Shown: positions 1-6,575 of the stretch, piece after piece | Numbering within the stretch: position 1 is the stretch's first letter | Layout of the letters: the number at the start of each line of letters is the position of its first letter | NCBI GenBank assembly: GCA_964453095.1 | Contig: CAYVRE010000002.1 | Location: 1-32,201, forward strand | Length of the DNA stretch: 32,201 bases | Direction: 5' to 3' | DNA from: an uncultured Candidatus Saccharibacteria bacterium | GTDB taxonomy: Bacteria > Patescibacteriota > Minisyncoccia > Minisyncoccales > Staskawiczbacteraceae | Position numbers and translations under genes: made by a program | Notes under the pieces: model-generated | The model's input: the letters and a program-made list of their open reading frames with translations, nothing else | Told to the model about the DNA's origin: nothing | Databases searched by the model: none

Positions 1-79
1 ATTTTTCCCCGTTGAACTTAAAGCTATTTTCATATTGTTTTCTTTTATCTTTTAATTTATATCTCTTAACTTATAATTT

Positions 80-119
80 TAAACTAAACTGCCCCATATT
101 GATTATTGATTATGGGGCA
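80..119 (-). terminator. Putative rho-independent terminator after the DUF5320-like gene
   Basis: Inverted repeat TGCCCCATA (90-98) / TATGGGGCA (111-119). On the minus strand it is followed by a T-rich tract (GTTTAGTTTAAAATT). Confidence 0.45.
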
Positions 120-127
120 ATATTTAG

Positions 128-421
128 TTATTTTTGTCCTTTGAGTTCGGCTAAGCGGGCTTTAATGGCTTTAAGCTCATCCTCTAAATCTTTCGCGTCT
201 TCGGAAAGTATCTCTGTTTCCTCCTTTTTAGAAGGAGCAGAAACAGGATAGTAGGGATTGTAACCCCCTGATCTTCCCAAACCAAATCCTCTTCCATATC
301 CACGACCTAAACCACGGCCACCACCTCTGCGACCATAAGCCATTCCTCCACCGCAAGGACCTAAACCCCAGCCAGTGCCGGCGCCCGAACCTCTAGGACC
401 AGTTCCGTCTAATTTTGGCAT
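128..421 (-). CDS. Small Gly/Arg-rich protein with C-terminal coiled coil, DUF5320-like
   Basis: 97-aa ORF. The N-terminal half is low-complexity (GTGPRGSGAGTGWGLGPCGGG...GRGYGRGFGLGR). The C-terminal part is a charged helix (EDELKAIKARLAELKGQK). Family recalled from memory, not searched. Confidence 0.7.
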   Translation of the reverse strand: MPKLDGTGPRGSGAGTGWGLGPCGGGMAYGRRGGGRGLGRGYGRGFGLGRSGGYNPYYPVSAPSKKEETEILSEDAKDLEDELKAIKARLAELKGQK

Positions 422-473
422 ATTTTTTATATTTATTTTTATATTGAGGTACGACCAACTCCTCTATATTGAG

Positions 474-501
474 TATATACCCGAAACTATATCCATGTCA
501 A
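474..501 (-). promoter_or_regulatory. Sigma70-like promoter candidate for the DUF5320-like gene
   Basis: Minus strand reads TTGACA (501..496), a 16-nt spacer, then TATATA (479..474), about 50 nt upstream of the ATG at 421. Confidence 0.4.
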
Positions 502-517
502 TACTTATTTTACAATT

Positions 518-688
518 CTATCTCAACCTCTTTCGCAGATCCAGCTCCAAGTCTTCGTTTCGGATCTGCGTGTATTGAAATGACGACGACAGCTGGCTGT
601 GGCCCAGAGCTTCTGAAATCAGAGAATTATTGAATCCCCTTTTTACCATATCTGTGCCGAAGTGATGCCTTAATGATTGCGCGTTTAC
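518..688 (-). pseudogene. C-terminal remnant of a tyrosine recombinase (XerC/D / phage integrase family)
   Basis: Minus-strand translation gives SLRHHFGTDMVKRGFNNSLISEALGHSQLSSSFQYTQIRNEDLELDLRKRLR*. This aligns with the box II region of tyrosine recombinases (h.LRH.fat.l...G.dl..iq.lLGHs.l.tT.iYthv). Only about 55 codons remain, and the frame runs upstream straight into the rplK terminator. A 9-bp inverted repeat (534-542 / 562-570) lies inside it. Confidence 0.5.
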
Positions 689-721
689 AAAAAAAACGGA
701 GCCCGAGACTCCGCTTTTTTT
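689..721 (-). terminator. Terminator after rplK (bidirectional hairpin)
   Basis: CGGAG (697-701) / CTCCG (709-713) hairpin flanked by an A8 run (689-696) and a T7 run (715-721). Confidence 0.6.
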
Positions 722-737
722 AAATTTGTGTTTTTCC

Positions 738-1163
738 TTAATTCACGACTTCTATCCCCATATTTTTGGCTGTCCCGGCTATGATTTTCATTGCCTGTTC
801 AATGTCTGTGGTATTCAGGTCAGACATTTTTTTCTCCGCTATTTCCTTCAGCTGGGCCTTAGTGACCTTGCCAACTTTGGTTTTATTGGGCACGCCGCTT
901 CCTTTTTCAACGCCGGCCGCCTTCTTTAATAATTCCGAGGCCAAAGGCGTTTTCAATTTGAAGGTGTAAGACCTGTCTTTGAAAATTGTAACTTCCGCCG
1001 GAATGGTGTAGCCGGCCATCTCCTGAGTTGCCGCATTGAACTTCTGGCAGAACTCTGCGATGTTTAATCCATGCTGGGCCAATGCCGGACCTATAGGAGG
1101 CGCAGGCGTTGCTTTGCCTGCCGGTATTTGTATCTTTACGATAGCTTTAATTTCTTTTGCCAT
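738..1163 (-). CDS. rplK: 50S ribosomal protein L11
   Basis: 141 aa. N-terminus is [35 protein letters not shown], the conserved L11 signature. It sits directly downstream of nusG as in the universal secE-nusG-rplK cluster. Confidence 0.97.
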   Translation of the reverse strand: MAKEIKAIVKIQIPAGKATPAPPIGPALAQHGLNIAEFCQKFNAATQEMAGYTIPAEVTIFKDRSYTFKLKTPLASELLKKAAGVEKGSGVPNKTKVGKVTKAQLKEIAEKKMSDLNTTDIEQAMKIIAGTAKNMGIEVVN

Positions 1164-1193
1164 AAATTTTTAATTTAGCGTAGCGATATAATT

Positions 1194-1739
1194 TTACATT
1201 TTCTTAATTTGTAATGAATCTAATTCCACCGGAGTATCTCTGCCGAACATATTCACCAGCACCTTGATCTTTCCCCTCTCCCTGTCTATCTTCGATACCC
1301 TGCCCTCAAAACCTTTGAAAGGCCCGTCTGTTATTTTAACAATAGCTCCGATTTCAAAATCAATGGTAAACTCCGGCTCGCTGACTTCCATTCTTTTCAT
1401 CAAATCATCGATATCATGCTTTGAAACCGGAATCGGCGTGGTCCCTGCTCCTAAAAATCCTGTTACTCTGGGCGTGTTTCTAACTACATACCAGGAGGCA
1501 TCGGTAACAACCATTTCTACCAGCACGTATCCGGGATAAATCTTTTCTTCGACTGTTTTTCTCTTTCCGTTTTTAATCTTTATCTTTTTTTCTTTGGGAA
1601 CAATCACATCGAAAATCTTGTCTTCCATGCCCAAAGATTCAATCCTCTGTTTCAAATTCTTTGCCACCGCATCTTCATATCCGGAATAGGTGTGTATCAC
1701 ATACCAATTTTTTTCTTGTTCTATTACTTGTTTTGGCAT
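1194..1739 (-). CDS. nusG: Transcription termination/antitermination factor NusG
   Basis: 181 aa. NGN start WYVIHTYSGYE and C-terminal KOW motif (GAIVKITDGPFKGFEGRVSKID). Flanked by secE and rplK. Confidence 0.95.
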   Translation of the reverse strand: MPKQVIEQEKNWYVIHTYSGYEDAVAKNLKQRIESLGMEDKIFDVIVPKEKKIKIKNGKRKTVEEKIYPGYVLVEMVVTDASWYVVRNTPRVTGFLGAGTTPIPVSKHDIDDLMKRMEVSEPEFTIDFEIGAIVKITDGPFKGFEGRVSKIDRERGKIKVLVNMFGRDTPVELDSLQIKKM

Positions 1740-1740
1740 A

Positions 1741-1932
1741 TTAAAAAACTAACCTCTTAATTATCTCAGAAAAAAGAAAATCGAGGGCGCCTAAAAATGC
1801 AGCTACTGCAATAGTGATTCCAAGCACAACCATAGTGTGCCTAAAAACTTCCTTGCGCGTCAGCCAGCTTACTCTTTTCATTTCCACCCAGACCTCTCTG
1901 AAAAATGTTTTAATTTTTTGAATTATCTCCAT
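1741..1932 (-). CDS. secE: Preprotein translocase subunit SecE
   Basis: 63 aa with a single C-terminal TM helix (VVLGITIAVAAFLGALDFLF). Ends 1 nt before the nusG start, the canonical position. Confidence 0.85.
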   Translation of the reverse strand: MEIIQKIKTFFREVWVEMKRVSWLTRKEVFRHTMVVLGITIAVAAFLGALDFLFSEIIKRLVF

Positions 1933-2028
1933 ATATTTTTAAAATATTTTATACTTCTTGTTCTAAAAAACGGCCTCGGCGGCCATCTATTTACATAATA
2001 TCCGACTCAAAGGCATAAGTCAAGGGTT

Positions 2029-2058
2029 ATAAAAAATCCTGCGGTGTTCAGTCGCAGG
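2029..2058 (-). terminator. Rho-independent terminator of the kinase-like/IMPase-like operon
   Basis: Minus strand reads CCTGCG-ACTGAACAC-CGCAGG followed by ATTTTTTAT. A second weak GGCC/GGCC hairpin plus T6 lies at 1965-1984. Confidence 0.7.
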
Positions 2059-2090
2059 AAATCACCCGACAAAACAGCTGGTTCAGCCGG

Positions 2091-3260
2091 CTAGTCGAGG
2101 ATTATTTCGCGGTAGCAATGCTGTTGCATCAGGGAGTTCACCCATTCATTGTTCAGTGGCGCCACAATCAGCGTCGACCGATATCTGCTGGGGTTCGGGA
2201 ACCTCCGTAAAAAATTAACATCCAGCGCTGTCCCCCTATCATCAAAATCCTGGAATACGCTATAGATAGGAGAAGTTGCCATCAAGATGCCCTCCTTTGT
2301 CCGTGGAGTCTCCTGAGAAATTTCAAAAATCCTCAGGATTTTTTCCTGCCCGCGCCGGGCAAATATTACAAAGGGTATCCAGTGAATCCACTCTGTGATT
2401 TTCTCTCCATTTGCCAGAATAAATCCCATAGGCTCGGATGCTGATTGCAACGACGAGAGATATAGGATTCTTGCAGGCCCGCCGGGCTGATCATAACGTC
2501 CAAAACGCTTACGCTCATCAGGCGAGAGAATATCAATATCGTCCATATTTTCTGCATAGCCGGTTTTTGTCTCGCTTCCTAAAAAAGCGGTGAAATATTT
2601 GGATTTATCCCATGGCCTGCCCGACGGAATAGGGTTAAACCCAATAACTCTGCCTTTTTTAAGAACATCTGCCAGTGTAAGCCGGCAGCATCTCGACGAG
2701 CCGTCACACTTCAATTCCATAATGAAGATGCCGGAAGAACAGGCGACAACAAGCTCCTGAGTGATATAGTTGAGCAGGACAGAAAAGACTATCATACCCC
2801 TCCTCACGCAGGTTATAGCTCCTGTGGACCCGGTGATTGATACCGGCCCGCCGGCGATTCTTTTCCATCGCCTCAGGGATTTTTCCTGGGTTATCACATT
2901 GCCAAATTTTTCTAAGCCGTGCTCAGCTTGCGCGCGCTTGAGAAATTTCACCAAGTGGCTGGATCTGTCTACGGGATCGCAGAAAAATACAGACGGGTGA
3001 AATTTGATGTCGGCAAAGGCTGGCCATCTTTTCAAAAAACTAGACCCCAACTCTTCGGTGACAAGCACAGAATCAGGGTCATACCTCTTTAGACAGCCGT
3101 CTATTTGTATCTCTGTGTCCGCATCAAAAGCATATGTGTCTGACTTGCCATAAGAAACTCTTTTCAGCAAATCAGAAACACGCGTTTGGGTCAAACTCTT
3201 GTTTGCCAGAAGTAGCGCCTCAATACAGGCGGTGCAATAGTCGTCGTTTTTACCTGACAT
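2091..3260 (-). CDS. Divergent inositol-monophosphatase/FBPase/CysQ (FIG)-fold-like protein, function unknown
   Basis: The ORF track starts at GTG 3266. ATG 3260 is preferred because AAGGAGG lies 7 nt upstream. KSDTYAFDADTEIQIDGCLKRYDPDSVLVTEELG matches IMPase motif A (K..D.VT..D...E......P...i..EE.G). FFCDPVDRSS matches W.iDPiDGT with DGT changed to DRS. I see no clear WD.AAG third motif, and the C-terminal ~200 aa are unassigned. Confidence 0.8.
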   Translation of the reverse strand: MSGKNDDYCTACIEALLLANKSLTQTRVSDLLKRVSYGKSDTYAFDADTEIQIDGCLKRYDPDSVLVTEELGSSFLKRWPAFADIKFHPSVFFCDPVDRSSHLVKFLKRAQAEHGLEKFGNVITQEKSLRRWKRIAGGPVSITGSTGAITCVRRGMIVFSVLLNYITQELVVACSSGIFIMELKCDGSSRCCRLTLADVLKKGRVIGFNPIPSGRPWDKSKYFTAFLGSETKTGYAENMDDIDILSPDERKRFGRYDQPGGPARILYLSSLQSASEPMGFILANGEKITEWIHWIPFVIFARRGQEKILRIFEISQETPRTKEGILMATSPIYSVFQDFDDRGTALDVNFLRRFPNPSRYRSTLIVAPLNNEWVNSLMQQHCYREIILD

Positions 3261-3262
3261 AG

Positions 3263-3952
3263 TCACACCTCCTTACTTTTTTGCTGGCCGTTGATGGAAA
3301 AAGAAACAAGCTCGGTCAATGCCTTGCCCACCTTTTGTATCACTACTGTTTTAGATGAGCTGGCATCAATCATTATCTTCGGGACGCTGAGGCGCTCGTA
3401 AATTGCAATAAGCGCCGGCCTGAGTTTTTTCAAATACTCGTAGTACTGGCCAATTATCTTGGTGCGCTCTGACTCTGCAAAACACACAAGGCGCTGTTGG
3501 TAGCGGTGCTGCCTCCGTTCCCAGGAAAGTTGCAGCGGAACATCCAAAAAGATTATTCCGGCCTGCAATTTCTCAAGCCTTGCAATATATTCCAGCCAAT
3601 ACTCTTCAGCCAAATCAAGGCCGTGGGCTTTTGCGTGGGCTATCGTAAAGATATTGCACTCATCCAAATACACCAAATTGTCGTGTTTTTGTCCGAGTAT
3701 CAAATCCATACGATCGAGATCCCATTTTATAACTTCGAGTTCCTGTTCCAGTGTCATAAAGATCCCGCCCAGCACAACCTCTTTGTGCACCATAAGCTGC
3801 CTGCTTTCCTGTAAAGCGAATAAAAACGGCAAACTCTGCTGGCCGAGCGCAGCAATCACCGGAGACAAGTTTTCATAATGCTCGTTAAGAGCTGATATAA
3901 CGGTTGTCTTTCCTGCTGCTTGCGGGCCGGCGATTATGATAAACCTTTTCAT
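3263..3952 (-). CDS. P-loop nucleoside/nucleotide-kinase-like protein (dNK / AAA_28-like layout)
   Basis: The ORF track starts at GTG 4000. ATG 3952 is preferred because GGAGG (3963..3959) lies 6 nt upstream and puts Walker A (GPQAAGKT) at residues 8-15, as in small kinases. Other motifs: VYLDE (Walker B-like), ESRQ, and an Arg-rich lid-like WERRQHRYQQR. Its stop TGA (3265..3263) is 2 nt from the downstream ATG. Confidence 0.8.
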   Translation of the reverse strand: MKRFIIIAGPQAAGKTTVISALNEHYENLSPVIAALGQQSLPFLFALQESRQLMVHKEVVLGGIFMTLEQELEVIKWDLDRMDLILGQKHDNLVYLDECNIFTIAHAKAHGLDLAEEYWLEYIARLEKLQAGIIFLDVPLQLSWERRQHRYQQRLVCFAESERTKIIGQYYEYLKKLRPALIAIYERLSVPKIMIDASSSKTVVIQKVGKALTELVSFSINGQQKSKEV

Positions 3953-4045
3953 GCTAATCCTCCATAATTGAAACCGCGGATAGGTCTTGTCAACGAGCAC
4001 GCTATTTTTATCTAATCACTTTAAAAACCTTTGTCAACTCTATTA

Positions 4046-4085
4046 CAACAAAAAAGCCCTGCGTTACCCGAAGGTAAGGCAGGGC
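4046..4085 (-). terminator. Strong rho-independent terminator after the small acidic ORF
   Basis: Minus strand reads GCCCTGC-C-TTACC-TTCG-GGTAA-C-GCAGGGC followed by TTTTTTGTTGT, a long GC-rich hairpin with a UUCG loop. Confidence 0.85.
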
Positions 4086-4187
4086 CTGGTTCCCCTTGTC
4101 AGAACCTCGTTGAGAGATTCAACATCCGCCGGAGGGAAAGCTCGTCATCGTAGCTCGACGGCAAAAGATGCGGGCAGCTGACAGGCG

Positions 4188-4361
4188 TTAGCCCTGAAGA
4201 TCTGCATCCAAGCACAGATCTTCAAAATACTCTGTCATCTCATCTACGGTCATCCCGCGACGGGCAGCTTCAGCCGCTTCATCGTGAGCTGCCCTGGCGA
4301 TGTCATCCAAAAGGATGGCTTCCTGCTCTGCGTCTTGTACTGCTACCAGTGTCAACGACAT
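4188..4361 (-). CDS. 57-aa highly acidic hypothetical protein
   Basis: MSLTLVAVQDAEQEAILLDDIARAAHDEAAEAARRGMTVDEMTEYFEDLCLDADLQG. AAAGGAG lies 7 nt upstream of ATG 4361 (the track ORF begins further upstream at 4397). It has its own promoter and terminator. Confidence 0.6.
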   Translation of the reverse strand: MSLTLVAVQDAEQEAILLDDIARAAHDEAAEAARRGMTVDEMTEYFEDLCLDADLQG

Positions 4362-4410
4362 TCCAGACTCCTTTCTAGGGGGGACTTGAAAGAACATTCT
4401 ACGTAACTAT

Positions 4411-4439
4411 ACTATAGCATACAGGATATTTCCTGTCAA
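4411..4439 (-). promoter_or_regulatory. Near-consensus sigma70 promoter with an overlapping palindrome
   Basis: Minus strand reads TTGACA (4439..4434), a 17-nt spacer, then TATAGT (4416..4411). The perfect inverted repeat ACAGGA-TATT-TCCTGT (4421-4436) overlaps the -35 box and spacer, like an operator. Confidence 0.6.
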
Positions 4440-4442
4440 GGT

Positions 4443-6554
4443 TTATATATCCAGATTCTTGGCTGCTTTGGCATGGGTTTGGATAAACTTCTTGCGGGGC
4501 TCCACTTCCTCTCCCATCAGGGTATCAAGGGTTTTATCCGCTTCGTGGGCTACCTCGACTGAAACCTGCAATAATGTTCTGTTTTCTGGATTCATTGTTG
4601 TTTCCCAAAGCTGCTCCGGGTTCATTTCTCCCAAACCTTTGTAGCGCTGTATGGAAGCCGACTTGCCTGTTTCTTTTATAATCTTATCTTTTTGATCGTC
4701 TGAATAGGCATACTGGGCTGTTTTTCCCGATTGTATCTTATACAAAGGCGGCTGGGCGATATATATATGGCCGGCATCGACAACGGGCTTGAAGTGCCTG
4801 TAAAAGAAAGTCAGCAATAGCGTCCTTATATGCGCCCCGTCAACATCAGCATCAGTCATAATTATAATACGATGATATCTTAACTTTTCTATATCAAAAT
4901 CCTCTCCTATTCCGGTGCCCATAGCAATAATCAAAGCTTTGATTTCTTTTGAAGCCAGCATTTTATCTAAACGGGCTCTTTCCACATTTAAAATCTTTCC
5001 GCGCAAAGGCAATATCGCCTGGAATCTTCTGTCGCGCGCCATTTTTGATGAGCCTCCGGCTGAATCTCCTTCGACGATATATATTTCTGATTCTTCCGGC
5101 TTGCGAGACAAGCAATCCGCTAGTTTCCCCGGCAATGCCAAACCTTCCAGAGCGCCTTTTCTCAACACTGTTTGCCTTGCAGCTTTGGCTGCCAATCTTG
5201 CTTTGGTTGCCAAGAGACAATTTTCAATAACAGACCTGGCGTCTGACGGATTTCTTTCTAAATAATCAGACAAACCCTCGGCTACAGCGGTTTCCACCGC
5301 GTTCTTGGCCTCAGGGTTGCCGAGCTTGGCTTTTGTCTGGCCCTCAAACTGCGGAGTCCGTATTTTAACTGAAACAACGGCAGTCAAACCCTCTCTGACA
5401 TCGTCTCCTGAAAAGTTTTCATCTTTTTCTTTCAAAAAACCTTCCCGTCTTGCGTAATCATTTAAAGACCTGGTCAGCGCAGTGCGGAATCCGGAAATGT
5501 GCGTGCCTCCCTCAACTGTATAAATATTATTGGCAAATGACTCTTCGGTGCATTCCATTTCCTGAGTGTATTGGAAAGCCGCTTCAACAAAAATGTCTTC
5601 CTTGGTAGCGGCAACTGAAAAGATATTCGGATGGCGGGGCGTATTGCTTTGCACCAGATATTTTACATAAGACGCAACGCCTCCCTCAAAATAGAAGCTA
5701 TAACTGGCTTCCTGCCCTTTTATCCTCTCGTCGCTAAAAACAATTCTTACTCCTTTTGTCAGATAAGCCTGCTGTCGCAGATGATTCAAAATTCTTTTCG
5801 GATCGTATTTTATTTCAGAAAAAATCAAAGGGTCGGCATCAAAGGTCTGCGTGGTTCCGGTTTTTTTTGAATCCCCAACTTTTTTAACTGCTGATTTGGG
5901 ATTGCCCCTGAAATATTCCTGCTGATAAACTCCTCCGTCTCTGTGCACCTCGGACAGCATATACGTTGAAAGCGCGCAAACTACGGAAATACCGACTCCG
6001 TGTAAACCGCCGGAAACTTTGTAAGCATCTCCGCCGAACTTTCCTCCGGCATGCAAGGTAGTCATAACTGTTTCCAATGCCGACTTCTTGGTATCAGCGT
6101 GCTTTTCTACGGGAATACCCCTGCCGTCATCAGATATTCTCACCCTGTTGCTGGGCATCAGAACAACCTCAATGGTTTTGGCATAGCCGGCCATTGCTTC
6201 ATCTAAACAATTATCGACAACTTCCCATATCAAATGGTGCAAACCGTCGATTCCGGTGGAACCGATATACATTCCCGGCCTCTTTCTTACAGGCTCCAAG
6301 CCCTTCAGCACATAAATGTCCTTGGCAGTATACTCTCCTTCTTTCCTCACCTTCTTCGCCTCAATTTTCGGCTCCTCTTTCACAACCTCTGTTTTTCTCG
6401 GCTCCGGCTTTACTTCCTCCTTTATTTTTTCCTCAATTTTAACCGGTTTTTCCTTCTTCACCGGCTTCGGCACTACAGCCTTCTTCACCGCTGGTTTTAC
6501 CACGGCCTTTTTCTCTAATTTTTCATCTGCGTCCTTGATATTCAATTTGATCAT
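4443..6554 (-). CDS. gyrB: DNA gyrase subunit B
   Basis: GHKL motifs (HHLIWEVVDNCLDEAMAG, DDGRGIPV, GGLHGVG), Toprim motifs (EIYIVEGDSAGGS, MTDADVDGAHI) and C-terminal YKGLGEMNPEQLWETTM. The first 68 codons are a K/E/P/V-rich extension. An alternative GTG start at 6350 with GAGG 8 nt upstream would give a normal-length N-terminus. Confidence 0.95.
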   Translation of the reverse strand: MIKLNIKDADEKLEKKAVVKPAVKKAVVPKPVKKEKPVKIEEKIKEEVKPEPRKTEVVKEEPKIEAKKVRKEGEYTAKDIYVLKGLEPVRKRPGMYIGSTGIDGLHHLIWEVVDNCLDEAMAGYAKTIEVVLMPSNRVRISDDGRGIPVEKHADTKKSALETVMTTLHAGGKFGGDAYKVSGGLHGVGISVVCALSTYMLSEVHRDGGVYQQEYFRGNPKSAVKKVGDSKKTGTTQTFDADPLIFSEIKYDPKRILNHLRQQAYLTKGVRIVFSDERIKGQEASYSFYFEGGVASYVKYLVQSNTPRHPNIFSVAATKEDIFVEAAFQYTQEMECTEESFANNIYTVEGGTHISGFRTALTRSLNDYARREGFLKEKDENFSGDDVREGLTAVVSVKIRTPQFEGQTKAKLGNPEAKNAVETAVAEGLSDYLERNPSDARSVIENCLLATKARLAAKAARQTVLRKGALEGLALPGKLADCLSRKPEESEIYIVEGDSAGGSSKMARDRRFQAILPLRGKILNVERARLDKMLASKEIKALIIAMGTGIGEDFDIEKLRYHRIIIMTDADVDGAHIRTLLLTFFYRHFKPVVDAGHIYIAQPPLYKIQSGKTAQYAYSDDQKDKIIKETGKSASIQRYKGLGEMNPEQLWETTMNPENRTLLQVSVEVAHEADKTLDTLMGEEVEPRKKFIQTHAKAAKNLDI

Positions 6555-6575
6555 AATTAAAAATTAAATATATAT

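Noticed and set aside
12-251. 79-aa plus-strand ORF at the left edge
   Set aside because: It is an AT-rich, low-complexity translation that overlaps the terminator hairpin and the DUF5320-like gene on the opposite strand.
3953-4000. GTG-initiated 16-codon extension of the P-loop protein, and similarly 4362..4397 for the acidic ORF and 3261..3266 for the IMPase-like ORF
   Set aside because: Internal ATG codons preceded by GGAGG/AGGAG at proper spacing give better starts. For the kinase-like protein the ATG places Walker A at the usual N-terminal position.
2091-4400. Idea that the kinase/IMPase-like region is a clear compositional (high-GC) island
   Set aside because: Hand counts give about 43-50% G+C here, but sampled lines in gyrB, murJ and the P-type ATPase give about 45-53%. 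Sampled lines in pheS, lepA and secE give about 28-35%. The window is heterogeneous, so foreign origin cannot be claimed without a proper windowed GC/k-mer computation.
6077-6567. Three plus-strand ORFs (121, 94 and 83 aa) antisense to the 5' part of gyrB
   Set aside because: They are products of a strongly purine/pyrimidine-skewed low-complexity stretch that lacks stop codons in several frames. They lie within a clearly identified gyrB.
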